A DNA stretch of 36,618 nt from an uncultured Candidatus Bathyarchaeia archaeon (lineage in GTDB: Archaea; Thermoproteota; Bathyarchaeia; EX4484-135; B24-G1), in assembly GCA_964555905.1 (NCBI GenBank), contig CAZKUI010000003.1, positions 1-36,618 on the forward strand, given 5' to 3'. Position 1 is the first letter of the stretch. Every line of letters begins with the position of its first letter. This document shows positions 1 to 9,186 of the stretch, piece after piece. The translations under genes and the position numbers were made by a program. Under the pieces are notes generated by a model. The model did no database searches, was not told where the DNA came from, and saw only the letters and a program-made list of their open reading frames with translations.

Positions 1-34
1 CCACCTCTCTTATCTGTTCTTCCATTCCATCCAT
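1..34 (-). CDS. 5' end of an unidentified gene running off the left edge (only MDGMEEQIREV visible)
   Basis: ATG at 34..32 (in-frame GTG at 37..35) stays open to position 1. A TATA-like A/T block (minus-strand TTTTATTACATAAATCC, plus 51-67) lies about 25 nt upstream, the spacing typical of leaderless archaeal genes. Too short to identify. Confidence 0.25.
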   Translation of the reverse strand, partial: MDGMEEQIREV

Positions 35-183
35 CACCCTGAGGGTTCTGGGATTTATGTAATAAAAGGGGTGTAGAAACTCGTAAAAAACGAGATGGTG
101 GGGCGGGTAGACGCTGTTAGTTCTCCGCCATTACGCACCAGCATCTCCACCAGTTTGGGCTAAATTATTTATGCACGGTTCTT

Positions 184-909
184 ATGTTGTTTTGGTGCGT
201 CATGTCGAAAAATGCGCTCTTAAGCGGCGGCGGAGTCATCGCTATGGGCGTGTCGCTGACGCTCATCGTCCTTTTGGAAAGCCTACCTCCCTGCCCTTGG
301 AGCCCCTACTTCATAGTCTACGCCGTTCTCGCCATAGCTATCCCCCTGCGGATGAAAACCTACAGGTTTGGGAGAATCTCCGAAGTTTTAAGGAGGCACT
401 GGAAGGTCTTTTTGGCCGTCCTCATCGTCTCCCTCGTCTACGATGTGGGTGAAGACGTGCTCTACAACCAGCTCATCAACTCGATGGGCTTAGCTGGAAA
501 CCCACAATACGACTTTGGGGCGGCTCTAGAGGCACTAGCAGCTGGCGCCGCCGCGAAATTCGGGATCTCGCAGAGCGATGCTATGCTCGTCTACGCCCTC
601 TACGTGCTCGTCTGGGCGCCTATAGGCGAGGAGCTCTTTTACAGGGGCTACATGTACGGCGCTTTGCAGGATAGGTATGGCGTCTTCACATCGGCGATCG
701 TCTCAACGTTCTTCTTCAGTATTAGGCATTTCACGCACTTCTTCTTCCTAACGCCCAAGGTGCCCATCATCCCGGGCCTACGGTGGGCCCTAAGCGTCTT
801 CCCCTTCGGACTGCTGATGGTCTACGCCTATAGGAAGACGGACAGCCTCCACATACCAATAATCGTACACTTCCTAACAAACATCGTGGAAACACTAGCC
901 GCCGCCTAA
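184..909 (+). CDS. CPBP-family (CAAX/Abi-type) intramembrane metalloprotease
   Basis: 241-aa multi-TM ORF carrying the three CPBP motifs: EELFYRG (EExxxR), FFFSIRH (FxxxH) and HFLTN (HxxxN). TATA-like TAAATTATTTA at 161-171. The second in-frame ATG at 202 fits promoter spacing better than 184. Confidence 0.8.
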   Translation: MLFWCVMSKNALLSGGGVIAMGVSLTLIVLLESLPPCPWSPYFIVYAVLAIAIPLRMKTYRFGRISEVLRRHWKVFLAVLIVSLVYDVGEDVLYNQLINSMGLAGNPQYDFGAALEALAAGAAAKFGISQSDAMLVYALYVLVWAPIGEELFYRGYMYGALQDRYGVFTSAIVSTFFFSIRHFTHFFFLTPKVPIIPGLRWALSVFPFGLLMVYAYRKTDSLHIPIIVHFLTNIVETLAAA

Positions 910-1067
910 GCTGCTCCGAGCTCGTTCAGAGCAGCTGGAGCCGTAGTTCAGAAGTTGGCATCACCGTCTACGATACGGGTAACGTCGCAGAAACGCTCGC
1001 CGCTTAACGCCGAACTCGCTCGTGAACCCAAAATTGGGAGGGAATTGTTAGGAAATTAACCTTTCCA

Positions 1068-1400
1068 TTATGCAACGTAGGCGGTTTGCTCCCTACCCAC
1101 TCTCTTAGGTCTCCTCGCCTCACCGCAAAGCTTGCAGCTCTGCGCGCAAAGCCTCAGGTGTTCCTCCTCGTCCCTCACGGCGGCCTCAGCCGCCTTAAGG
1201 CATAGGCGGCTGGGCTCCTCACATCCGGCCTCCTTGCATAGATTGGCGATGAAGGTGCAGAAGTTCTTCACGTCCTCCGGCTCCAAAACAGCCCTGTGGG
1301 TTCTCACGAGTAGGCATAGCTCTCTGGCCAGGACGCAGGTTCTTATGTACTTGAACCTCTCGATGACGCTTTCCCTCATCCTCCTCCGGGACAACTCCAA
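1068..1400 (-). CDS. Small Cys-rich helical protein, function unknown
   Basis: 110-aa ORF with its own TATA-like box (minus-strand GGTTATTTAGGG about 35 nt upstream of the ATG). It has 10 Cys in helix-like contexts (FCTFIANLCKEAGC, LCLKAAEAA, LCAQSCKLCGE). I recognise no family securely. Confidence 0.45.
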   Translation of the reverse strand: MELSRRRMRESVIERFKYIRTCVLARELCLLVRTHRAVLEPEDVKNFCTFIANLCKEAGCEEPSRLCLKAAEAAVRDEEEHLRLCAQSCKLCGEARRPKRVGREQTAYVA

Positions 1401-1470
1401 GTTCCATAACCACCTATGATAACCTACCGTCGCCCCCTAAATAACCTAAACGCTCCAGCTGCCACATGGG

Positions 1471-2352
1471 TTAGGCGGCGGCCCGTAGGATGCGGCAGAA
1501 GGCGCAGGGGTCCCCGCTTGAGGGCTCCCCGCAGACGCTGCACTGGGTGAACTGGGGCTCTGGCGCCACTATCTTTATCTCCTCTAGGCCCCTCGCGAAT
1601 GCAAGCTTGAATCCCGGCGCCCTCTCCTCCACGAGCTCCGCAATTTCGCCCCACCTGCTGGTCACCGCGTGCGGGCATTCATCAGCCTCGTAGGGGAGCC
1701 TCCTCGCCTTAACGTACGTCTCGTTCTCGAGGCCGCTCCTCTCAAAGAGGGGCTTTATCTTTGGGAGGACCTTCGGGTGGGTTGAGGGGAGTAGGGGCTT
1801 CTGCTTTGAGATCCAGAAGTAGTTTCCGCTCGTCCAGTTCTTGAAGAAGAACTCCACCACGTCGTCTAGGTTGTGGCCTGTGGCCACCCGGTTGGCGCCA
1901 AGCTCCCTCGGCACCCGGTTCATGAGGTATCGTTTCACCACCCCACAGACGGAGCACGCCGACCTCCGCGTGGACCTAGCCAGCTCCTCGACGCCGACCC
2001 CGTAGGCATCCACTAGGTTCACCACCTCTAACGGTATGTCCAGCATTCTGCATAGGCGTCTGCAGGCGTCTTCCACCTTTTCCGAGTATCCCGTTATGCC
2101 TAGGTTTATGTGGATTGCCGCGACGTCTATGCCCAATTCTACGGAGAGCTGTTGGAGAACTGCGAGGCAGGCGGCGCTATCCTTCCCCCCGGAGACCGCG
2201 ACGTAGACGGTCTCCCCGGGCTCCACCAGCCTCCACTTACGGATGAATCTCCTCACCTTACGCTCGTAGAAATCCACGAAGCAGGAGTTGCAGAGGCTTA
2301 GGCGGTAAGGCCTAAGGTATATGATGGCTTCCTTCCCGCACCGACACTTCAT
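1471..2352 (-). CDS. PP-loop ATPase of the TtuA/Ncs6 (TtcA-like) tRNA 2-thiolation family
   Basis: PP-loop SGGKDS. N-terminal CxCG...CxxC, central CSVCG, and C-terminal CSVCG...CAFC zinc-finger/Fe-S Cys sets, as in TtuA/NcsA. TATA-like GCTTAAATAATCC about 30 nt upstream of the ATG on the minus strand. Confidence 0.8.
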   Translation of the reverse strand: MKCRCGKEAIIYLRPYRLSLCNSCFVDFYERKVRRFIRKWRLVEPGETVYVAVSGGKDSAACLAVLQQLSVELGIDVAAIHINLGITGYSEKVEDACRRLCRMLDIPLEVVNLVDAYGVGVEELARSTRRSACSVCGVVKRYLMNRVPRELGANRVATGHNLDDVVEFFFKNWTSGNYFWISKQKPLLPSTHPKVLPKIKPLFERSGLENETYVKARRLPYEADECPHAVTSRWGEIAELVEERAPGFKLAFARGLEEIKIVAPEPQFTQCSVCGEPSSGDPCAFCRILRAAA

Positions 2353-2381
2353 GCCTTAAGTTAATCACGAAATCGGATTAT

Positions 2382-2852
2382 TTAAGCGTGGAAGGACGCT
2401 GAGAACTCCCTAGAAACCGGGATTGCCCCGAATAGGAGCCGGGAGTGCATGACACCCCGAACCTCTAACTCGAACTCTCCAGCTTGCAGCGCCTCCACCA
2501 CGGCTGAGACCAGTTCCACCGCGTGTATGGTGACGGGAACCTCCACCGTGGAGTTGGCGCCGGCGGGGACCACCACGTGCTTTACGGTGCCGTTGCTCAC
2601 GCGAATCCCCGAGATGTAGACGTCGAACTCCGCGGTGAATGGTGGTGTCTCGTGGTTGGTTGGGTTCCTAAATTCCATGATTAGGTTGAGGTGCATTCTT
2701 GTGAAGTCCGCTCCAGAAACCTCGACCCCCACTATGGCGGTGTTAAGCGCCATCAAAGCCTGAGACTCGGCGTAAACCGTGTATCCTAGGAGGCTCGCGG
2801 CGATTAGAACGAGGATGACCGCGGCGATTACCGCCCTCCTCATTTCCATCAC
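2382..2852 (-). CDS. Membrane-anchored LEA_2 / WHy-domain (LEA14-like) protein
   Basis: N-terminal TM helix (AVIAAVILVLIAASLLGY) followed by a beta-rich region with the LEA_2 pattern (EFRNPTNHETPPFTAEFDVYISGIRVSNGTV...VPAGANSTVEVPVTI). It starts 9 nt after the Lhr stop (GTG 2852 / ATG 2849). Confidence 0.6.
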   Translation of the reverse strand: MMEMRRAVIAAVILVLIAASLLGYTVYAESQALMALNTAIVGVEVSGADFTRMHLNLIMEFRNPTNHETPPFTAEFDVYISGIRVSNGTVKHVVVPAGANSTVEVPVTIHAVELVSAVVEALQAGEFELEVRGVMHSRLLFGAIPVSREFSASFHA

Positions 2853-2861
2853 CGATGCGCG

Positions 2862-5747
2862 TTAACTCCACCTCGCGAACCTCGCCTTTAACGCTTTCCT
2901 CTCCGCCTCTAAGACGAGTTCAAAAAGCCTGTCAGTCGGCTCAGCCTCCTTCATAAGCACCTCCTCCGCCTGTTTGACGCTTATGCTCTTACCAGCTAGG
3001 GCGATGGCGGCGGCCTTACCATACTTGGAGATGAGGCGGGCGGTCCTCCGCGCCTCACGCTTGAGGGCCTCCTCCCTCTTGTTGAGCTTCTCCCCCGCCT
3101 TCTCCACGAGGGGGTACGCCTCCTCCTCGTCTACGTTGAGGACGCCTAGGGAGGTGGAGCCGCAGTTGGGGCACCTAGGCGCGTCTGGGAGGTCCTTCAC
3201 CCGCATGAGCTCCAGATAGCTCCAGCAGTTGGTGCAGACGAAGACCCTCGCCTCGCTGAGTAGTCTAGCCTTGGCGGCCTCCACGAGTATGCGCCTCAGC
3301 CTCTCCGGGGGTATGAGGTCCGTCTTCATGCTCATGCGCTCCATGGCTGCGACCCCGATGGGGCTTAGGCTCTCCCCGGTCTCTAGGGTTACCACCTCCA
3401 CCTCGCCCCTCCGAACCTCGTCTAGCACCTGAAGCGTGTGCTCCAAGTCTAGGTCCTTCGTGAAGACCTCCTTCAACGCCTCATCGTAGATGGCGGTCCC
3501 CTCAAAGCTCCTCAAGAGCTTGCTTAAGCTCACGCTGCTCAGGTCCGCCCACTTCTGTATGGCGCCGAACCTCTTCGCGACGTGGAGCATCCTGCGCTTG
3601 AATATGCCCGTCCTCACGGTGGTGGCCTCCAGCCGCTCTCGGATCGCGTCCCCCGGGAGGGAAGCCAGCTCCCTGAGGACGTCGGCGACCTCCCCTGGGG
3701 TGTAGGCGCCCCCGACCTGAACCACGATGCGGTATGGGTCGTGCTGGATTGGTATGGCTAGCCCCTCCCTCTCGGATAGCATGCTCCCAACTAGGTGGGA
3801 GAGGCTCCTGTTGGTGAGCGTTCCTAGGTGGGCGTGGATGATGATGTACCCGCCCCCGCCCTCCACCACAATCCTCCTGTCCGTTGGGACCGGGTAGCCC
3901 ATGCGGGCGTGCGCCACGGTCTCCTCAATCGCCCTCAGGGCGGCATCCCCGTCTACGGGGTAATCCCGGGCTAGGCGCCTGGAGATTTCCTCCTTCGGGA
4001 CGCCGGCCCTCACCAGTTCCTCCACCATGCCCCTCACCCTGCCAACCTCCCGAGCCACCTCGAAGGGGACTGGAATCTCCTCCCCAACCCAGCTCGGTAT
4101 GGCGCCCGTGGGGTCGTCATCCCTCCTTACGTAGACCTTCTCCCCCGCTACGTCCACGATAACCCACGGGCTCCCACGTATGATGAACTTAACCCCGGGT
4201 CTCCCATACTCAGCCATGAAAGCCTCGTCTAGTATGCCAACTGGGGTGTCGTCCTCCTCGTCTACCACGAGGTACTGCTTCTCGTCCGGTATCATGGAGA
4301 GGTGCTCGAAGTAGTATCTGTAGAGCGCCTTGCTCCTCCTAGGTTTGAGGACGACCATGTCCTCCTCTGAGAACCACGCCAGCCTGTTTGGGCGGTTGTG
4401 CATGTAGCTGACTACCTTGCGTAGGTCGTCCAGCGTTAGGTTTCTGTATGGGTGCGCCCTCCTAAACAGCTCCAGTATTTCCTGTAGTTTCCACCTGCGC
4501 TTCTCCAGAAGTAGGCCCGCTATTTGGTGGGCGAGGGCGTCATATGGGCACTCTGGAATTTTAAGCCTCTCCAGCTCCTCGTTCAGCGCTCTCCTCGCCA
4601 CCACCATGGCCTCTAGGGTGTCATCCGAGTCCATGGTGACGATGACCCCCTCCGCAACGCGGCCAACGCGGTGCCCGCTCCTCCCAACCCTCTGAACGAG
4701 CCTCGTCGCCTGCCTAGGGGACATGTACTGAATTACTAAGTCCACCCTACCAACGTCTATGCCGAGCTCCAAGGATGAAGTGCAAACCAGCGCCCTCAAG
4801 TCCCCATTCTTTAGGCCACGCTCCGCGGATACCCTTGATGGCTTTGAGAGGGAGCCGTGGTGTATGGAGAGGGGGAAGTCTAAGTCCCAGATTTTGAACC
4901 TGCTGGCCAGAATCTCCGATATTGAGCGTGTGTTCGTGAATAGCAGCGTGGAGCGGCTCTTGGAGACGAGGTCCTTCATGACCCTCAGCCTAGCGGCCAC
5001 CTCCGGGTGTGTGTAGAGCTTCGCGGCCAGCTTCTGGTCGTCCCTAGTTGGCTTTGGGTAGACAACCCTCAGCCTCATCTGGCGGGCGACCGGAACCTTC
5101 ACCACCTCAACGTCCCTTCCCTCCCCAACTAGGAACCGGGCAACCCTCTCCGGCTCCCCTATGGTGGCTGAGAGGCCCACGACCTGCGGCTCCGCATCAG
5201 CCAGTCTCCTAAGCCTCTCCATGGCCAGGGAGAGCTGACTTCCACGCTTGCTGTCCACCATCTCGTGGACCTCGTCTACGATGACCCAGCGGACGCTCCT
5301 CAGGTGTCTACCCATAATCCTCGCTGGGAGTATGGCTTGGAGCGTCTCCGGGGTGGTGATGAGCAGGTCCGGGGGGCTCCTCGCCTGCCTAGCCCTCTCG
5401 TTCCTATCCGTGTCCCCGTGCCTCACCGAGAGCCTCACGTCTAGGTGGGTGCACCACCACTCCAGCCTATCCAGCAGGTCCCTATTCAGGGCCCTAAGGG
5501 GAGTTATGTAGAGGATTTTGATTCCGGGTTTCCTCTCGGGGAGTTGGATGAGCATGCTGAGAATCGGGAGGATGGCCGCCTCCGTCTTCCCAGTGGCGGT
5601 TGGGGAGATGAGGAGCAGGTTCTTCCCGGCTAGTATTCGTGGTATGGCCTCCTGTTGCGGGGCTGTGGGCTTGCTAAACCCCCTCTCCTCAACCAGCCTC
5701 CTGATGGGCTTCGCAAGAAGCTGGAATGCGCTCTCCGCCTCTCCCAT
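2862..5747 (-). CDS. lhr: Lhr-type large superfamily-2 ATP-dependent helicase
   Basis: 961 aa. Motif I PTATGKT, motif II DEVH, motif III SAT, motif V TSSLELGIDVG, motif VI QRVGRSGH. Long Lhr-like C-terminal extension with a CxxC...CxxC zinc ribbon (CTNCWSY...CPNCGS). Confidence 0.85.
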   Translation of the reverse strand: MGEAESAFQLLAKPIRRLVEERGFSKPTAPQQEAIPRILAGKNLLLISPTATGKTEAAILPILSMLIQLPERKPGIKILYITPLRALNRDLLDRLEWWCTHLDVRLSVRHGDTDRNERARQARSPPDLLITTPETLQAILPARIMGRHLRSVRWVIVDEVHEMVDSKRGSQLSLAMERLRRLADAEPQVVGLSATIGEPERVARFLVGEGRDVEVVKVPVARQMRLRVVYPKPTRDDQKLAAKLYTHPEVAARLRVMKDLVSKSRSTLLFTNTRSISEILASRFKIWDLDFPLSIHHGSLSKPSRVSAERGLKNGDLRALVCTSSLELGIDVGRVDLVIQYMSPRQATRLVQRVGRSGHRVGRVAEGVIVTMDSDDTLEAMVVARRALNEELERLKIPECPYDALAHQIAGLLLEKRRWKLQEILELFRRAHPYRNLTLDDLRKVVSYMHNRPNRLAWFSEEDMVVLKPRRSKALYRYYFEHLSMIPDEKQYLVVDEEDDTPVGILDEAFMAEYGRPGVKFIIRGSPWVIVDVAGEKVYVRRDDDPTGAIPSWVGEEIPVPFEVAREVGRVRGMVEELVRAGVPKEEISRRLARDYPVDGDAALRAIEETVAHARMGYPVPTDRRIVVEGGGGYIIIHAHLGTLTNRSLSHLVGSMLSEREGLAIPIQHDPYRIVVQVGGAYTPGEVADVLRELASLPGDAIRERLEATTVRTGIFKRRMLHVAKRFGAIQKWADLSSVSLSKLLRSFEGTAIYDEALKEVFTKDLDLEHTLQVLDEVRRGEVEVVTLETGESLSPIGVAAMERMSMKTDLIPPERLRRILVEAAKARLLSEARVFVCTNCWSYLELMRVKDLPDAPRCPNCGSTSLGVLNVDEEEAYPLVEKAGEKLNKREEALKREARRTARLISKYGKAAAIALAGKSISVKQAEEVLMKEAEPTDRLFELVLEAERKALKARFARWS

Positions 5748-5866
5748 TCAGCGCCCCTACCCGTAACCTACCTAGTAACCCGCCCCTAAATGGGTTTTCA
5801 GCACGTAAATCGTAAACCTATAGGTAGACATTTTCGCGAGTATTTCAACCCAGCATTAGAACAAAG

Positions 5867-5873
5867 TTTAAAT
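5867..5873 (+). promoter_or_regulatory. TATA box candidate for ppsA
   Basis: ACAAAG-TTTAAAT (BRE-like purines plus TATA) 54 nt upstream of ATG 5927. Purine-rich AAGGGATGGGAG lies just before the start. Confidence 0.45.
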
Positions 5874-5926
5874 CCGCCGCACACTCCCCTATCTAAGGTT
5901 GATGAAGCGTAGCTAAGGGATGGGAG

Positions 5927-8314
5927 ATGAGCGGGAAGGCTGAAAAAATAATCCTTTGGTTTGAGGAGTTACGCAAGGACGATGTGCCGTTAGTTGGGGG
6001 GAAGTGCGCCAACTTAGGGGAGATGATAGCGGCTGGCATACCAGTTCCCCCGGGGTTCGCGGTCACCGCCACCGCCTATAAGAGGTTCATCACCGAGGCC
6101 GGTATAGCCGAGAAGATCTACAGCATCATAGAGGAGGTGGTCACCGACAAAAGCGACCCCGAGCAGTATAAGGAGGCAAGCCGGAGGGTGAGGGAGCTCA
6201 TCGAGACCACCCCCATGCCCGACTACATAAAGGACGCCATCAGGGAGTCCTACCGAAAGCTCTCCGAGAAGGTCGGGGCCACTCAGGTCTTCGTGGCTGT
6301 GAGGAGCAGCGCCACAGCTGAGGACCTGCCGGACGCCAGCTTCGCCGGTCAGCAGGAGACGTACCTCAACGTGGTCGGAGAAGACGAGCTGGTGGAGAAG
6401 GTTCAGAAGTGCTGGAGCAGCCTCTTCACGCCTAGGGCGATATTCTACAGGACGCAGAAGGGCTTCCGCCACGAGGACGTCCTCATCAGCGTCGGGGTTC
6501 AAAAGATGGTCAACGCGAAGGCCGCTGGGGTCATGTTCACCATAGACCCAGTCACTGGAGACCCCACGAAGCTCGTCATAGAGGGGAACTGGGGTCTCGG
6601 GGAGTCCGTGGTCTCGGGGGCGGTCACCCCGGACAGGTTCATCGTAGACAAGGAAACCCTCAGAATCGTAGACAGGCAGATCGTGAAGAAGACCGTGGAG
6701 TACGTGAAGGACCCGGTGACGGGTAAGACGGTGCACGCGGAGGTACCCCCGGAGAGGCAGCTGGAGCCCTGCCTCACGGATGAGGAGGTTACCCGACTGG
6801 CTGAACTCGGTAAGCGCATAGAGGAGCACTATGGAAAGCCTCAGGACGTGGAGTGGGCGATAGACAGGGACCTGCCCTTCCCGGAGAACGTGTTCATCGT
6901 GCAGTCCAGGCCGGAGACGGTCTGGAGCGCGGAGGCACGCAAGGTTGAGGTGAAGGCCGAGGCACCTAAGCCCTCGGCTGAGAGGGTGGTGGTGCTGAAG
7001 GGCATAGCGGCGAGCCCCGGGATCTACGCTGGCACGGCGAAGGTGGCTCTCAGCCCGGATGAAGCTAAGGAGCTCATCAAGAAGGGTGACATACTGGTGA
7101 CGGTGATGACGAACCCGGACTGGGTTCCGTACATGCGCGTCGCCGGCGCCATCGTCACGGACGAGGGTGGGGTGACGTGCCACGCGGCCATAGTCTCCCG
7201 CGAGCTGGGAATCCCGTGCATCGTGGGAACCCAGCAGGCAACTAAGGTGATGAAGACGGGTGCCGAGTACACGGTTGACGCCACGTCAGGCGTCGTCTAC
7301 GAGGGTGAGGTGGCCGAGCTGGTGGAGAGGGCTGAGGAGCGCGCCGCAGCCGTGGCCGCAGCCCCAAGCTACGCACCGGTCGTCACCGGAACGAAGGTCC
7401 TCATGAACCTCGGCGTCCCGGAGAAGATAGACGAGTATAAGGACCTACCCTTCGACGGGATAGGTCTCATGCGGGTGGAGTTCATCATCGCCAGCTATAT
7501 AGGGGAGCACCCGAACTACCTCCTGAAGATCGGGCAGGAGCAGAAGTACATTGATAAGATGGCGGAGGGTATCGCTAAGGTCGCTAGGGCCATCTACCCG
7601 AGGCCGGTGGTCGTCAGGTTCAGCGACTTCAAGACGAACGAGTACGCCCAGCTGAAGGGAGGCGAGGAGTACGAGCCCCACGAGGACAACCCCATGCTCG
7701 GTTGGAGGGGCGTAAGCAGGTACATCAGCCCGCAGTTCAGGGATGCCTTCCGCCTCGAGTGCAGGGCGATTCGGAAGGTGAGGGAGGAGTGGGGTCTAAA
7801 GAACGTGTGGGTCATGCTCCCCTTCGTTAGGACCACGTGGGAGGTGGAGGAGTGCCTGAAGCTCATGGCTGAAGAAGGCCTAAAACGCAGCAGGGACTTC
7901 AAGGTGTGGCTCATGGCTGAGGTGCCGAGCATCATCATACTGGCGGACGAATTCAGTAAGCTGTGCGACGGATTCAGCATAGGGAGCAACGACCTCACCC
8001 AGCTCATACTCGGAACGGACAGGGACAGCCAAATACTACCGAACATAGACTCTAGGTACTTCGACGAGAGGGACCCAGCTGTGAAGAGGGCTATTGCCCG
8101 CCTCATCAAGGTCGCCCATAAGCACGGGGTTACCGTGAGCATCTGCGGGCAGGCGCCGTCCGTCTACCCGGAGTTCACGGAGTTCCTAGTGCGTTGCGGA
8201 ATAGACTCAGTGAGCGTGAACCCGGACGTGGTCGTCCAAACTAGGATGCTCATCGCCAGCATAGAACAGAAAATCCTGCTTGAGCGGCTTGCAGAGAGTA
8301 GACGGGGTACATAA
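5927..8314 (+). CDS. ppsA: Phosphoenolpyruvate synthase (pyruvate, water dikinase)
   Basis: 795 aa. N-terminal ATP-grasp region (VGGKCANLGEM), swivel phosphohistidine domain (DEGGVTCHAAIVSRELGIPCIVG), C-terminal PEP-utilising domain (FSIGSNDLTQL). Full length, no insertion or intein. Confidence 0.95.
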   Translation: MSGKAEKIILWFEELRKDDVPLVGGKCANLGEMIAAGIPVPPGFAVTATAYKRFITEAGIAEKIYSIIEEVVTDKSDPEQYKEASRRVRELIETTPMPDYIKDAIRESYRKLSEKVGATQVFVAVRSSATAEDLPDASFAGQQETYLNVVGEDELVEKVQKCWSSLFTPRAIFYRTQKGFRHEDVLISVGVQKMVNAKAAGVMFTIDPVTGDPTKLVIEGNWGLGESVVSGAVTPDRFIVDKETLRIVDRQIVKKTVEYVKDPVTGKTVHAEVPPERQLEPCLTDEEVTRLAELGKRIEEHYGKPQDVEWAIDRDLPFPENVFIVQSRPETVWSAEARKVEVKAEAPKPSAERVVVLKGIAASPGIYAGTAKVALSPDEAKELIKKGDILVTVMTNPDWVPYMRVAGAIVTDEGGVTCHAAIVSRELGIPCIVGTQQATKVMKTGAEYTVDATSGVVYEGEVAELVERAEERAAAVAAAPSYAPVVTGTKVLMNLGVPEKIDEYKDLPFDGIGLMRVEFIIASYIGEHPNYLLKIGQEQKYIDKMAEGIAKVARAIYPRPVVVRFSDFKTNEYAQLKGGEEYEPHEDNPMLGWRGVSRYISPQFRDAFRLECRAIRKVREEWGLKNVWVMLPFVRTTWEVEECLKLMAEEGLKRSRDFKVWLMAEVPSIIILADEFSKLCDGFSIGSNDLTQLILGTDRDSQILPNIDSRYFDERDPAVKRAIARLIKVAHKHGVTVSICGQAPSVYPEFTEFLVRCGIDSVSVNPDVVVQTRMLIASIEQKILLERLAESRRGT

Positions 8315-8411
8315 CCCCCGTACCAAATCCCCCAGTTTGTTTAAATCTCGTAGTAGAGGAGAGTTTATAACCCTCCATGCTTATTAGTGATAAGGCAATT
8401 TATAAGGAGGG

Positions 8412-9170
8412 ATGCACATGAAATTGGTCCATCTATCCGACATTCACTGCACTTCTTCGCCGATATTTCTAGCTGAAAAGCTGAAAACGGCGATAAAGGA
8501 GATAAACCAGATGAACCCGGAGCTCGTAATCATCTCCGGAGACTTAACACACAACGGCTTCAAGGACGAGATGGAGGACGTGGAGCTCTTCATCGACCAG
8601 ATAGAATGCGACCGCGTCATCGTGACCATGGGGAACCACGACTCCAAATTCACGGGATACATACCGTTCGAGGAGATTTTCGGCCCGGCGACGGGTGTAG
8701 TGGAGGGAAGCGAGTATAAGGTTGTCTACGTCAACACGGCTAGGCCGGACAGGGATGAGGGACGGGTGGGGAGGGACCAGCTGAAGCTCATAAGGAGGGA
8801 GTTCGAGAAGAGCGACAAGTTCGACATACTGGTGATGCACCACCACCTAATTCCGGTGCCCGACACGGGCCTCGAGCAGGCTATCGTAGAGGACGCCGGG
8901 GATGTGCTGAAGGCTATACTGTCCATCCGCCTCGACCTCGTCCTCAGCGGCCATAGGCACAGGCCCTGGAGGTGGAAGCTGAACGGAACCGAGTTCATCT
9001 TCGCAGGTGCGGTCTCAACGAGGAGGTTAAGGGGGTTCTTCAAGAACTCCTACAACGTGATAGAAATCACGGACGAGGGAATCAAACCAACGCTGAAGGT
9101 GGTGGACGGCCCATTCATCGACTTCAACGAACTAACTAGGTCGGTGGGAATATACACATGCGCGATATAA
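8412..9170 (+). CDS. Calcineurin-like metallophosphoesterase
   Basis: Motifs HLSDIH, GDLTHNG, GNHD, MHHH and GHRH in canonical order. 252 aa, too short for Mre11. Confidence 0.8.
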   Translation: MHMKLVHLSDIHCTSSPIFLAEKLKTAIKEINQMNPELVIISGDLTHNGFKDEMEDVELFIDQIECDRVIVTMGNHDSKFTGYIPFEEIFGPATGVVEGSEYKVVYVNTARPDRDEGRVGRDQLKLIRREFEKSDKFDILVMHHHLIPVPDTGLEQAIVEDAGDVLKAILSIRLDLVLSGHRHRPWRWKLNGTEFIFAGAVSTRRLRGFFKNSYNVIEITDEGIKPTLKVVDGPFIDFNELTRSVGIYTCAI

Positions 9171-9186
9171 ACATCCAATTCTGGGT

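Noticed and set aside
97-152. tRNA-like pairing: GGTGGGG ... CTCCACC followed by A, suggesting an acceptor stem
   Set aside because: The element spans only 55 nt, has no D-arm or T-arm (no GTTCRANYC) consensus and no plausible anticodon arm. Treated as a chance inverted repeat.
910-935. Hairpin GCTGCTC-N12-GAGCAGC immediately after the CPBP stop (loop contains the palindrome CGAGCTCG)
   Set aside because: Short stem, no following oligo-T tract. Archaeal termination does not require hairpins. Too weak to call a terminator or RNA element.
5899-5943. C/D-box sRNA-like elements (TTGATGA ... CTGA) upstream of and overlapping the ppsA start
   Set aside because: No proper D' and C' boxes at the required spacing. 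The second guide would be only about 8 nt, and the element overlaps the ppsA start codon. Probably coincidence.
6014-7183. 389-aa ORF antisense to ppsA
   Set aside because: It lies entirely opposite the strongly conserved PEP synthase frame. Its R/H/L/P-rich, low-complexity composition is typical of the antisense reading of GC-rich AGG/GAG-type codons. No motif recognised.
5927-8314. Possible intein or insertion in ppsA, and likewise in lhr and herA
   Set aside because: Lengths and motif spacing match uninterrupted homologs. No intein block-like sequences (no Cys/Ser-start to His-Asn-end insert) seen.
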